Positions 25,826 through 35,843 of a DNA stretch of 64,000 nucleotides are shown in pieces. Both the position numbers and the translations under genes were made by a program. Position 1 is the stretch's first letter, and each line of letters begins with the position of its first letter. Under the pieces are notes generated by a model. The model made no database searches, had not been told where the DNA came from, and saw only the letters and a list, made by a program, of their open reading frames with translations. The DNA comes from a virus: positions 1 through 64,000 of IMG/VR virus record IMGVR_UViG_3300025669_000020; one strand, written 5' to 3'.

Positions 25826-26450
25826 TGGGAATTGCTGGCTCTACCATGGGCCAGGGGCAAGGGACTTGGTTCTGGCGGATGCCAGCGCCAAGGGTCGGCT
25901 CATGGGTTCTTACGGGGAGGACAAATTCAACATCGAGGTGGCCCGCAGGGTGGTTGCCATCATGAGTTCCACGCCTGTGGGGGATCGTTTGGCCACCCTG
26001 GTAGCAGGCCCTTTGGACAAGGCGCAGATCGGCTCCCTGGATCCTCTGCTAAAAAGCATCGAGGAGTTCAACGGTGAGCTTCTTCAGCCCTATCTGTGGG
26101 CCGAAGACCTTGGCGGCGTCAGCGGAACCATCCGTTCACGTTGTTTTGTGCGCTGGTGTCCTGGGGAGTATGCCACTGATCCCGAGGTGGCAGCCATCAT
26201 CGGGCGTGTCTGCCAAGCTGCTGTGGACAAGGAGTACGATGTGGTCATTGACCGCATCTCCGGGTTGAAGGGGATCAAGGACTATGTGTTCGATGGGACC
26301 CAGGTGTTCCGGGCAGCCGCCCACCATCTGTCTAAACAGGCAGGGACAGGGCACCTTGTTTTGTGGGAGTCCCTTCGCACGAAGCTGGGTGCTAACCGCG
26401 CCCTTTCCCCCAACGAGGTCATCGAAGCCTTTCTACTTTCGGAGACATGA
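25812..26450 (+). CDS. degenerate clamp-loader delta-prime (HolB)-like subunit
   Basis: WLYHGPG, LDPLLKSIEE, TIRSRC (SRC motif); adjacent to the HolA-like gene. Confidence 0.65.
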   Translation: MSRSSGNCWLYHGPGARDLVLADASAKGRLMGSYGEDKFNIEVARRVVAIMSSTPVGDRLATLVAGPLDKAQIGSLDPLLKSIEEFNGELLQPYLWAEDLGGVSGTIRSRCFVRWCPGEYATDPEVAAIIGRVCQAAVDKEYDVVIDRISGLKGIKDYVFDGTQVFRAAAHHLSKQAGTGHLVLWESLRTKLGANRALSPNEVIEAFLLSET

Positions 26451-27451
26451 TGAGCACAGCGTGGGTGAACCCGCCTCCGGTCATTGCCGTCACAGGCACA
26501 GACAAATTCCTTGCCGGTCGTTTTGTGCGTGAAGGCATCGCAGTGGCTGAGAAGCAGGGCCGGCGCGTATCGACCTTGGATGGGGAAGAGCACGAGGCGC
26601 TGCAGGGATGCTTGTCTGGTGGGTTCATGTTTTCGGATGAGCAGCTCGTGATCTTGACCAACCCCATCAAAGCCGACATGGACATGTTGTGGCGGCACCA
26701 TGAGGCCAAGGACAATGGGGTGGTCGTGGTGGTGTACCACGAGGGTGCCCTTGCGAAGAGCACCCGGCTCTGGAAGCACTTTGTGTCCAAGATCCCGAAG
26801 CCCTACCACCGCCAGATCGATGCGCCCCCGTTCTACGAGATGGATGAGTATGCTGCCAACTTCGTGGTGAAGGAGGCTAAGCGCCACGGGAAGGGCATCT
26901 CCAAGGATTCAGCCACTGCCCTTGTCAGGGCGGTGGGGACCGACCTGGGGGTGCTCTCCTTCGAGGTGTTCAAGGTAGGTTGCCTGCTGGACTCTCTTGG
27001 GTTGGAAACCATCGGGAAAGATCACCTGGCCAAGGTCGTGGCAAACCTGGGTGGTTCGGACGTGAACGCCCTGGTGGATGCTGTGGCTATGATGCAGCCT
27101 GTGGCCATCATGAGGAAGCTGGCCCAAATCCAAAAGGGGGCCTCCGGTGATCCCACCATCATGGTCTGCCGGAGGCTTGGCTCCCAAGCTTTGAAGTGGT
27201 TGCAGTCTGCTGCTCTGGTAGAGCGAGGTATACCTGTGACGGAGGCAGCACGGGCGATGGGGGTCAACAGGTTCTATTACGAGAAGAACATTCTTCCTGT
27301 GGCCCGTGCTTGGAGCAAGGATGTGTTTTTGAGACTTTTCCGAAACACTGTGGAAGTGGAAAAAGGTGTCAAAAAGGGGCATCTACACCCCTGGGCAGAA
27401 CTAGAAACTCTTCTGGTGGTGACAGCGTACATGGCCCGCCGCGGTCGGTAG
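26447..27451 (+). CDS. holA: DNA polymerase III delta (HolA)-like subunit
   Basis: VTGTDKFL, GFMFSDEQLVIL, ALVRAVGTDLGVLSFEVFKV, KGVKKG..PWAELE. Confidence 0.75.
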   Translation: MMSTAWVNPPPVIAVTGTDKFLAGRFVREGIAVAEKQGRRVSTLDGEEHEALQGCLSGGFMFSDEQLVILTNPIKADMDMLWRHHEAKDNGVVVVVYHEGALAKSTRLWKHFVSKIPKPYHRQIDAPPFYEMDEYAANFVVKEAKRHGKGISKDSATALVRAVGTDLGVLSFEVFKVGCLLDSLGLETIGKDHLAKVVANLGGSDVNALVDAVAMMQPVAIMRKLAQIQKGASGDPTIMVCRRLGSQALKWLQSAALVERGIPVTEAARAMGVNRFYYEKNILPVARAWSKDVFLRLFRNTVEVEKGVKKGHLHPWAELETLLVVTAYMARRGR

Positions 27452-27565
27452 AGTCATTGACCGGAAAAGCTCGTTAGCTGGTTTATACCGGATCCCTATC
27501 TGAGACTCAGCCCGCAGCATCAGCCCCATCACGGGGACAGATTTAGACACACTGGGAGACCCCGG

Positions 27566-29554
27566 ATGACCGACATTTCTGCTACAGGTACGACTTGGAC
27601 CCTTCCCCGCATCAACTTGGAGAGAGAGGCCGAACCTCAAGAGGTCTTTCCAAACCTGTTGAGCGAATTCATCTACAAGCGCACCTATAGTCGCTGGGTC
27701 ACCGAGAAGGGGCGTCGGGAAACCTGGCCAGAGACCGTTCAGCGGTACATGGACTTCGTGACAGAGGAGCGGGACATTCCCCGTCATGTCAGCAAAGAGA
27801 TCCAGGCAGCGATCCTCCAGATGGAAGTGCTCCCCTCCATGCGGGCCCTGTGGGCAGCTGGGGAGGCAGCCAAGCGGGATAACACCTGCATGTACAACTG
27901 CAGCTTCCTGCCCATGGACTCCCTCAAGTCCTTTTCGGAACTGCTCTACATCCTCATGCAGGGTACCGGAGTGGGCTTCTCGGTCGAGTCCCGCTTCGTA
28001 GAGGCACTCCCCGTTGTTGGGGAAACCTCCAACACCACCATCCACCACACCATCGCGGATTCCACCGAAGGCTGGGCTGATGCCCTGTGGTTCGGCGTGC
28101 AGCAGTGGTGGAAGGGCTACAAGGTCGAGTTCGACTACAGCGGCATCCGTCCTGCGGGCTCACCTTTGAAGATCAAGGGGGGTCGCGCCTCGGGTCCTGA
28201 GCCTCTGCGGAAGCTCATGGACTTTGCGGAAACAACCGTGCTGGCTGGTGGTGGCAGGAAACTCCGTCCCCTCGAAGTACATGACATCTGCTGCCAGATT
28301 GCAGAGATCGTCATGGTGGGGGGTTTCCGTCGTGCAGCCCTCATTTCTTTCTCGGATCCAGAGAACGAGGAGATCCGTCACGCCAAGGACTGGACGCGGG
28401 GCGACTTCCCCGCCATCCGCTACATGTCGAACAACACCGCCGTGTACGAGGGCAAGCCCTCCGAGGCGCTGTTCGAGGCTGAGTGGCGGTCCCTGGTCAA
28501 CTCCAAGTCGGGCGAGCGTGGCTTCTTCTCCTACCCGCAGTGGCGTCGTGAACAGCGCGGTGGTGAGTGTAGGGCCAATCCCTGTGGGGAGATCCTCCTC
28601 CGGTTCAACACTGCCAATGACGCAATTACGGGTGAGGGTGGTTCCGGAAGCTTCTGCAACCTGACCTCTGCTGTCATGCGTTCCCATGACACCCGCGAGA
28701 CCATGGCCAAAAAGGTGCGCCTGGCCACGTGGGTGGGTGCTCTCCAGTCCACGTTTACCTACGTCCCTTATCTGCGTCCTGGTTGGGCTCAGGTGTGTGA
28801 GCAAGACCGGCTTTTGGGTGTGGATATTACGGGTCAGTGTGACAACCCGAAGCTGTCCACCGATCCCGAAGTGATGCTCTACCTCAACAGTGTGGCTCGT
28901 GACACCGCCGCTGAGGCCACCGCATACCTGGGCATCAACATGCCCGTAGCCATCACCTGTGGGAAGCCCTCCGGGAACTCCAGCCAGCTGGTGGATTGTG
29001 CCAGTGGTTTCCACCCCCGGTTCTCCCCCTACTACTTCCGGCATGTCCGCATCGCAGCCTCTGACCCTCTGTTCCGCATGGTGCGGGATGCGGGCGTCCC
29101 CGCCTTCCCCGAGAATGGTCAAGAGCACATGGCCAAGGAAGATGTGAATGTCTGGGTCGTGCGGTTCCCCGTCAAGGCCCCAGAGAACGCCATTTTCCGC
29201 CACCACGAGACTGCCATCGAGCAGTGTGATCGCTACCTGCACATCATGGAGACATGGTGTGGTGAGCGTGGGCACAACCAGTCTGCCACCATCTACGTTC
29301 GTGAGCATGAGTGGGAAGAGATTGGGCAGTGGGTCTGGGAGAACTTCGACCGGATCACCGGCCTGACTTTCCTGCCCTTCGATGGTGGGAAATACCGCCT
29401 TCCTCCCTACCAGGAGATCGATCAGGCTGAGTATGAGAAGGCCCAGGCGTTGATGCCCAAGGTGGACTTCTCCTACCTGTCCACATACGAGCGGGAAGAT
29501 CGTGGAGAGGGTGCCCAGGAGTTGGCTTGCCGCGGTGGAAGCTGTGAGCTGTAG
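27566..29554 (+). CDS. nrdJ: class II (adenosylcobalamin) ribonucleotide reductase, monomeric RTPR type
   Basis: RTYSRW, PSMRALW, YNCSF, GGRASGP, NPCGEI, FCNL, KPSGNSS, C-terminal ACRGGSCEL. Confidence 0.92.
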   Translation: MTDISATGTTWTLPRINLEREAEPQEVFPNLLSEFIYKRTYSRWVTEKGRRETWPETVQRYMDFVTEERDIPRHVSKEIQAAILQMEVLPSMRALWAAGEAAKRDNTCMYNCSFLPMDSLKSFSELLYILMQGTGVGFSVESRFVEALPVVGETSNTTIHHTIADSTEGWADALWFGVQQWWKGYKVEFDYSGIRPAGSPLKIKGGRASGPEPLRKLMDFAETTVLAGGGRKLRPLEVHDICCQIAEIVMVGGFRRAALISFSDPENEEIRHAKDWTRGDFPAIRYMSNNTAVYEGKPSEALFEAEWRSLVNSKSGERGFFSYPQWRREQRGGECRANPCGEILLRFNTANDAITGEGGSGSFCNLTSAVMRSHDTRETMAKKVRLATWVGALQSTFTYVPYLRPGWAQVCEQDRLLGVDITGQCDNPKLSTDPEVMLYLNSVARDTAAEATAYLGINMPVAITCGKPSGNSSQLVDCASGFHPRFSPYYFRHVRIAASDPLFRMVRDAGVPAFPENGQEHMAKEDVNVWVVRFPVKAPENAIFRHHETAIEQCDRYLHIMETWCGERGHNQSATIYVREHEWEEIGQWVWENFDRITGLTFLPFDGGKYRLPPYQEIDQAEYEKAQALMPKVDFSYLSTYEREDRGEGAQELACRGGSCEL

Positions 29555-29822
29555 GCCAGATACCCAGCAGGCAATCAAGGATGAGTGTGACTCCATCCTG
29601 AACCTGCTCTTGCAGAAAAACTCCGAGTACGGAGATTCTGTGTTCTTCCCCAAGCGCATCTTCTCCCGCTCAGACGCGGAGGAGCAGCTGCGGGTCAGGA
29701 TCGATGACAAGCTCTCACGGCTGATGAACCAGGACCCGAAGTTGATCCCCGAGGACACGGAACAAGACCTGATTGGCTACCTGATCCTGCTCCGTGTGGC
29801 CCGAAAGCTGCAAGTGGTCTAG
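29544..29822 (+). CDS. DUF1599 / nucleotide-modification-associated MazG-like protein
   Basis: KNSEYGDS, VRIDDKLSRL, DTEQDLIGY. Confidence 0.7.
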   Translation: MSCRPDTQQAIKDECDSILNLLLQKNSEYGDSVFFPKRIFSRSDAEEQLRVRIDDKLSRLMNQDPKLIPEDTEQDLIGYLILLRVARKLQVV

Positions 29823-30100
29823 GTGGGGCAGCCCTCAGCGGTGAATGCCCGCAGCTCTCGGATGGTCGGGTATGGCATCTTGCAGCCGTTTCCGATGTAG
29901 CACTCCAGCAGCACCTTGGCATGGGCTCGCTCGGTGCGGTAGCGGGTGAGGGTGTTGATGTTGCTCAGGAAATACCGGCGTTCTCTGAGGTCTCTCAGGT
30001 GCAATTGGTAGTCCGCGTCCTGTGGAATTCGGCGGTCTTCCTGGGAGACCCCTGAGAACAGCGGGGGGAGGCACTCCGCGTCCCGCAGGTAGTCTGCCAC
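29819..30100 (-). CDS. hypothetical protein (reading frame extends upstream to about 30330)
   Basis: Protein-like open frame upstream of the GTG but no canonical start; contains an 18-bp duplication at 30113-30148. Confidence 0.45.
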   Translation of the reverse strand: MADYLRDAECLPPLFSGVSQEDRRIPQDADYQLHLRDLRERRYFLSNINTLTRYRTERAHAKVLLECYIGNGCKMPYPTIRELRAFTAEGCPT

Positions 30101-30369
30101 CCTGTTGAGCCAGTAGATGTGGACGCGCTGGTAGATGTGGACGCGCTGGTAGAGGGGGAGGTCCTTACCGCAGTCCGAGGTGGAGTCGATCAGGGCGCGG
30201 AGTTGGGCTCGGAGGGTCTTGGTGACTTCTGGGTCAGGGCGGAAACCCTCACGCCAGCGGGAGAGCAGGATGTCGAAGTACTCGTCGGGGAGGCCCTCGG
30301 GAAGGTCATGCCATTTGCGATGGGTTAGATCACCTCTGATACAGGGTACTACGGGATACGAGGTGAACC

Positions 30370-30861
30370 ATGAACCCGTTCCAAGCGTTGTTGTTGGAGG
30401 GCGTCTTCCCCAAGGAAGGGCAACAGTCCGTTGCTGAGGCCCTTCAACCGTATGAGGGTCAGGATGTCATCCTGACGGCACACCATGTGCCCAATTTCCC
30501 CATCGTGTCACATCATTGGGGCGGTGGGTCTTGTGGTTGGCAACCCCATGCCTGTCCTGCTGGACATCACCTACCGGAGCGGCATCAGACACTCTATGCT
30601 GTGCATCTGGAAGGTGTTTTGGTGCGGGAGGGAGGGGATTGGGTGGTAGAGCAGTTCGATGGTTCCCGTGTTCCAGCCCAGCTGACCACGATGCTCCCTG
30701 GGCACCAGGCCCGTGTGCTCTGTGTGACGAAGTTCTCCGCTGAAAAGATGCGTGAGACCTTGGCACAGAGTGGCCATCTCGATGCTGTTGAGTCTCTTGG
30801 TACCAAGCTCTCCGATATCCAGTCGGTGTTGGGCAAACTGCAGGGCAAAGCCGATGACTGA
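30370..30861 (+). CDS. hypothetical protein
   Basis: GAGGTG RBS; C/H cluster GSCGW..HACPAGHH. Confidence 0.65.
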   Translation: MNPFQALLLEGVFPKEGQQSVAEALQPYEGQDVILTAHHVPNFPIVSHHWGGGSCGWQPHACPAGHHLPERHQTLYAVHLEGVLVREGGDWVVEQFDGSRVPAQLTTMLPGHQARVLCVTKFSAEKMRETLAQSGHLDAVESLGTKLSDIQSVLGKLQGKADD

Positions 30862-33256
30862 TTTCTTCAGTGGCAGAGTTCAAGCTGTCGTTTTCGAGAA
30901 CGCCTCCCAGGATTTCTACATCCTGCGGATGGTTCTGGACGCTGACGAGGAGGAAGAGGAGAAAAAGGGTGATGGGTTCGAAGAGGGCCCTGTCATCTCC
31001 AACCGCATCCGCACCTATGATGTGACCCCCCAGGCAGTCCCCGTGCGGGGGAACGTCCCAGGGCTCGCCGTGAAGGTGGGCACGTGGTTCGGCTTCAAGG
31101 CCAAGTGGACGGTGCATGAGAAGTACGGCAAACAGCTGCTCATCACCGAGGCACCCGTAATCCGCAAATGGAACGCAGAGATCGTATCTGCATTGCTCCA
31201 GTCCCATGGTGTAGGGGAACGCATCTTGTGGGTTCTCCGGGAGCGCCTTGGGGAGTCTCTGGCAAAGACCTTGGATGCCAGGGATGTGGAGGCACTTGCT
31301 GCCTGTGTAGGACAAGGCACCGCTGAATATGTGCTGGAACGCTGGGCTGTGGGGAAGACCTACTACAAGACTCTGGAATTCCTGAACAAAGCCGGCATCC
31401 CCAGGGGGAAGATCAGTCAGGTGTGGTCAAAGTTCGGAGGGGAGGCAGAGGAGGTGTTGTCCACCGACCCCTGGGCTCTGGTTCGGATCGATGGGATATC
31501 ATTCCAGCAGGCAGATGAAGTGGCTCGAAGGCTGGGGTTGGACCCCGAGTCCGAGGAACGGCTCCGGGGAGCCATTTTGCACATCATCAAGTCCCAGAAG
31601 GGGATGGGGCATCTCTACATGTCTTCCGGTCAGGTAGCGGGGGAGGTTCCGAAGATGATCCCTGATGCCACCCTGGAGGCCATTGGGCGGTGTCTGGGCG
31701 TGTTGCACAAACAGGGTGCCCTGGTCATCGACCGGGAGACCAAGGAGGGTCTGACAGCCATATATGACCCCTGGCAGCATGAAATGGAGAGGCAGGGTGC
31801 CACCCTGTTGAGGGACCGCGTGAAGGCAGCGAGTTTCGACAAGCGCTCCAAGAGGTACAAGGAGTACATCAAGGGTCTGCGGGGAGTGGGGAACCGTGCA
31901 GCGGATATGCCCAAGAAGGCGACCCTTCACGAGATTGCGGATGCCGCTCTACAGGATTGGAGTGCAGGTAGTCATATGGAGCTGACGAAGGATCAATTGC
32001 AGGGTGCTCTGAATGCCCTGACTGAGCCTGTGTCCATCTTGACGGGGCTTCCCGGTACAGGCAAGAGCACCTCTCTACGGTCTGTGGTTCAGGTTCTCCG
32101 TGATGCGGAGGTTCCTTTCCTGCTGGTGGCTCCGACAGGCATTGCAGCCAAGAGGATCACGTCTCTGACAGGAGCGCCCGCCTCTACTATCCATCGGGCC
32201 TTCGGTGCTCGGGGATGGGATGTCGGTGGTGAACGAGAATCCACCTATGCAGGCATCGTGGGTGAGTCCGCTACCTTGGAGAGTTCAGACGGCTCGGGGG
32301 AACAATGGCGGTGCAGTAAGGACCCCCATCCCGCCGATGTGATTGTCATGGATGAGTCGTCCATGACAGATCAGCACCTGCTCTACAGGATCCTCTCTTG
32401 CACGAAGCCCGACGCTCGGATCGTGTTTGTCGGTGACGCTGCCCAGCTCCCCTCTGTGGGTCCCGGCAATGTCCTCCGTGATCTCATCAACTCGGATCTG
32501 TTCCCCATGGTGAACCTGATCGATATCTTCCGGCAGGAAGAGACCAGTGACATCGTGTTGGCGGCTCATGCAGTGTTCTCTGGCGGGATCCCCGAGACGG
32601 GGCGCGATTCGTCCTCGGACTTCATCCTGGTGGAGACCTCGGATGAGGATCGGGCCTTGGAGATTGTGCTCAAATTGGCACAGAAGCTCTACACCAACCG
32701 CAAATTCTTCCAGGTCATGTCGCCTCGTCATGCAGGCACCTTGGGAGTCACCAACCTGAACTCCCGGTTGCGGGAACTGTTGAACCCGAAGCAGCCTGGT
32801 GTTCAGGAGATGCGGTTGGGGTCAGAGGTTGTGAGGGAAGACGACCGCGTGATGGTGGTCAAGAACAACTACTCCCTGGGTGTCTACAACGGTGACTTCG
32901 GCAAGGTGGCTCGTTTGGATCGTCATGCTCGTGAAGTGGGGATCAAGATTCACGGGGTCCCACCCGTACAAGTCCCCTTCAAGTTGAAGGATGCCTCCGC
33001 TTGTCTTCGGTTGGCATATGCGGTGACCGTACACAAGATGCAGGGGCAGGAGTCGGACACCGTGATCATGCCCCTGGTGAAGGGATTCCAGCACCAGCTT
33101 CAGAGAAACCTGCTCTACACCGCCATCACACGGGCCCGTGTGCGGGTGATTCTGGTAGGGGAGCGGGAGGCTCTCGTGAGAGCTGTGCAGAACAACCGGC
33201 CTGATATTCGGAACACTTTGTTTCTCGAAAGGTTGGAGGCAGCCTTTGCTGTATAG
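30854..33256 (+). CDS. recD2: RecD2-like SF1B helicase
   Basis: TGLPGTGKST, APTGIAA, DESSM, GDAAQLPSVGPG, AYAVTVHKMQGQE, LYTAITRA; N-terminal OB/HhH region. Confidence 0.92.
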   Translation: MTDFFSGRVQAVVFENASQDFYILRMVLDADEEEEEKKGDGFEEGPVISNRIRTYDVTPQAVPVRGNVPGLAVKVGTWFGFKAKWTVHEKYGKQLLITEAPVIRKWNAEIVSALLQSHGVGERILWVLRERLGESLAKTLDARDVEALAACVGQGTAEYVLERWAVGKTYYKTLEFLNKAGIPRGKISQVWSKFGGEAEEVLSTDPWALVRIDGISFQQADEVARRLGLDPESEERLRGAILHIIKSQKGMGHLYMSSGQVAGEVPKMIPDATLEAIGRCLGVLHKQGALVIDRETKEGLTAIYDPWQHEMERQGATLLRDRVKAASFDKRSKRYKEYIKGLRGVGNRAADMPKKATLHEIADAALQDWSAGSHMELTKDQLQGALNALTEPVSILTGLPGTGKSTSLRSVVQVLRDAEVPFLLVAPTGIAAKRITSLTGAPASTIHRAFGARGWDVGGERESTYAGIVGESATLESSDGSGEQWRCSKDPHPADVIVMDESSMTDQHLLYRILSCTKPDARIVFVGDAAQLPSVGPGNVLRDLINSDLFPMVNLIDIFRQEETSDIVLAAHAVFSGGIPETGRDSSSDFILVETSDEDRALEIVLKLAQKLYTNRKFFQVMSPRHAGTLGVTNLNSRLRELLNPKQPGVQEMRLGSEVVREDDRVMVVKNNYSLGVYNGDFGKVARLDRHAREVGIKIHGVPPVQVPFKLKDASACLRLAYAVTVHKMQGQESDTVIMPLVKGFQHQLQRNLLYTAITRARVRVILVGEREALVRAVQNNRPDIRNTLFLERLEAAFAV

Positions 33257-33318
33257 GGGGTTCTCTTCCAGGGTGGATCGCGTATATACACAGACACCGC
33301 CACTAGGAGGCTGGACAA

Positions 33319-33705
33319 ATGGACGCCGCTGAAATCGAGGGCACGCTCCGCAAGATCAAGAACGGTATTCGCATCACCAAGGTGGTAGCTACCCGCTCCG
33401 TCAAGGGCTCAAGGGGAGATTCCTTTGCGGGGTTCTCTGCTGCTTGGGACACTCTGCAGGAGGATGGCGGGCATGGTCTCGTGCATGTGGGTGAAGAGGC
33501 TGATGCAGCCTCCCAGGGGATGTCTCTGAAAGAAGCCCGTATCGCACACTACATGGTGGCAATGCAGGCAGACATTGGAGCATATGAAGCGGCCATGGCT
33601 GGTGGGAATCTCCCCATCCGCACCTGCCAGGATGCCATCAAGGCAGTGAAGGCCAACTACAGCAAGTTGATCCAGAGGGCTTTGGGTCAGGACGATAATG
33701 GGTAG
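33319..33705 (+). CDS. hypothetical protein
   Basis: AGGAGG RBS. Confidence 0.7.
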   Translation: MDAAEIEGTLRKIKNGIRITKVVATRSVKGSRGDSFAGFSAAWDTLQEDGGHGLVHVGEEADAASQGMSLKEARIAHYMVAMQADIGAYEAAMAGGNLPIRTCQDAIKAVKANYSKLIQRALGQDDNG

Positions 33706-33734
33706 GGTGTGGAGCCCGACCCCAAGGAGCGCTT

Positions 33735-34946
33735 GTGAGTGATCCTCAGATTGATGAGCAGTATGTTCAGCGCATTTTCCAAGAGCTGACCTCCATGGAG
33801 GTGCACCTGGATAGTGACCCCCTCAAGTATGGGCCCAAACGGCTCAACCGCAAGGTTGCCCAGTGCAGGGGTTTCCTGAGCAGATGTGAGCAGATTTTCC
33901 TGGATGTCAGCCACAAGCTGCATTTCTTCAGGCGTGCTCTGCGGCAGCAACAGACAGATTTTGACCTCCAGATCACAGACATGCTGGCCAACGACCCCAT
34001 CGTGATGGCAGGCCGCAACGTCCGTGACAGGGAAGCCTTCGCCAAGACCCGTCTACAGGATGAGGCTCGTGCTATCCGGGATCAGGAGAGCCTGGTGCAG
34101 GATATGGAATCCGTGATGTCCGTGATCAAAGCCAAGCGGGCTGATCTCAAGGACATGCAGGGACGTATCCGTGACCAGACGAAGCTCTGTCAGGAAGAGG
34201 TGGGCCTGGGTTCCCGGTGGGGGTCCGCACGGGCTCCCGAAGAGCCCGTGGTGGATCTGTCTTTCGCGGGCTACATCCCCGAAGCTGTGCGGCAAGCACG
34301 GGAATTGGGTGTGAAGTCCGAGGGGGAGATCCATGTGGGTGCAGCCCCCGACCTCCCCGAGATTGTGGAAGAGCCCGCCTTGGAGGGTCTCCTAGCCGAA
34401 GCAGTTGTGGAGCCGGAGCCCACCCCGGAGCCCACCCCGGAACCCACTCCGGAACCCACTCCAGAACCCACTCCAGAGCCCACTCCAGAGCCCGAGCCCA
34501 CTCCCGAAGTGGAGGCAGCACCGGAACCCACCCCAGCACCAGAATTGGACATCTTGGATGACATCCTGGTGCCAGATGAGCCCGTGGTGGAAGAGCTGGT
34601 CATGGATGACATCTTGGAGGACACGGAAGCTGCTCCTGCAGAGGAAGCCAAGCCCAAGGTAGCCCCTCTGGTGGTCCCCCCTTCCGTGGAGATCCAGCAA
34701 GAGGATGTAGCTCTCTTGGATGATATTTTGGAGGAGGACACTACGGGTGAGCCCGAAGAGGTGGAGCCCGAAGTAGAACCCGATCCCAAGCCTGTGTATG
34801 AGACCTCAGCCACTGATCAGGAGATCGATGATTTCCTGGTGGAGTTGGATGACAAGGGCCCCCCAGCGACCCCTCCGCAAGCCACATCGACAGAGACTCC
34901 CGTTGTTGAAATGGACTTCGATTCTCTGGTTGATCTTTTTGGCTGA
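33735..34946 (+). CDS. helical (UvsY-like?) protein with PEPT repeat and acidic tail
   Basis: AAGGAG + GTG start; N-terminal coiled region; upstream of SSB/RuvC/RecA. Confidence 0.55.
   Translation: MSDPQIDEQYVQRIFQELTSMEVHLDSDPLKYGPKRLNRKVAQCRGFLSRCEQIFLDVSHKLHFFRRALRQQQTDFDLQITDMLANDPIVMAGRNVRDREAFAKTRLQDEARAIRDQESLVQDMESVMSVIKAKRADLKDMQGRIRDQTKLCQEEVGLGSRWGSARAPEEPVVDLSFAGYIPEAVRQARELGVKSEGEIHVGAAPDLPEIVEEPALEGLLAEAVVEPEPTPEPTPEPTPEPTPEPTPEPTPEPEPTPEVEAAPEPTPAPELDILDDILVPDEPVVEELVMDDILEDTEAAPAEEAKPKVAPLVVPPSVEIQQEDVALLDDILEEDTTGEPEEVEPEVEPDPKPVYETSATDQEIDDFLVELDDKGPPATPPQATSTETPVVEMDFDSLVDLFG
34411..34540 (+). repeat. 12-bp coding repeat (PEPT)n
   Basis: CCGGAGCCCACC / CCAGAACCCACT units. 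Confidence 0.9.
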
Positions 34947-35046
34947 TCTTGTACTACGGGGGGTCACAGAAAAAGTGAACCGTGTATAGACAGATGCGGC
35001 ACCTGTCCTAACCAAACCAATGACCATTGTGCCGCAAGGAGTAGAC

Positions 35047-35823
35047 ATGAGCGACTTCGTAGAATTCTCGTTCGGAATGGACGATGATAAGATCGGTGGG
35101 AAGCGGTTCGACCGCTACAAGGGCAAGGAAGGGGAGACCGAGCGTCTCAGCTTCGTATGGTGGTACCTGGATGAGGGTGGCAAGCCCATCTTCAATTGGG
35201 ATGGCCTCCCCAAGGAAGTTCTGGCCAAGGTGACCCCTGCTATCCGTGCAGCCAGTGAAGAGCCCCCTCCCCGCTTCACCGGAGCCAAGCGCTTCTACAT
35301 CCCTGGTGTTGGCTACGTCTTGGATAAGGGCCCCGAGATGGCAAAGTTGGCTGGCCAGGCATCCAAGCCTACCATCGCTACCATCGTGGTGGTGTGGCCC
35401 ACTGACCGCAACGGTCAGGTGAATGCTACGCGGTTGGAGGCAGGCGAGTTCGATGTCAAGCCCTGGGTGTTCTCCCGTGACAAGTACGACATGCTCTCCG
35501 CTCGTCACAACGAGTTCCCCCTGGGACAGCATGACATCCAGGCCAAGTGCACGGACACGCAGTACCAGAAGATGGACATCGTGCCCTGCAAGGAGAACCT
35601 GTTCCGCAAGGTGCTCGGCAGCGAGAAGCTGGCTCACATCGCCCAGAAGATCATGGATCAGGTGATCGAGTGTGAGGCCAACATCCGTGACCGGATCGCC
35701 ACTGACATGTCCGTAGCGCAGGTGCGTGAGAAGTTGGGCGGCGGTGGCGGCACCAGCGCCACTTTCAACCCCGACACCACCGCGGCCGTGGATGCCATCC
35801 TGGACGACGTGCTGGCCGAGTAG
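35047..35823 (+). CDS. single-stranded DNA-binding protein (gp32-like)
   Basis: Aromatic-rich core, HDIQAKCTDTQYQKM, acidic tail ILDDVLAE, recombination context; AAGGAG RBS. Confidence 0.55.
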   Translation: MSDFVEFSFGMDDDKIGGKRFDRYKGKEGETERLSFVWWYLDEGGKPIFNWDGLPKEVLAKVTPAIRAASEEPPPRFTGAKRFYIPGVGYVLDKGPEMAKLAGQASKPTIATIVVVWPTDRNGQVNATRLEAGEFDVKPWVFSRDKYDMLSARHNEFPLGQHDIQAKCTDTQYQKMDIVPCKENLFRKVLGSEKLAHIAQKIMDQVIECEANIRDRIATDMSVAQVREKLGGGGGTSATFNPDTTAAVDAILDDVLAE

Positions 35824-35843
35824 CAGGAAAGGAGGGTCATCCC

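Noticed and set aside
27452-27565. Cobalamin riboswitch upstream of nrdJ
   Set aside because: The region is too short and no B12-box or conserved core is recognisable.
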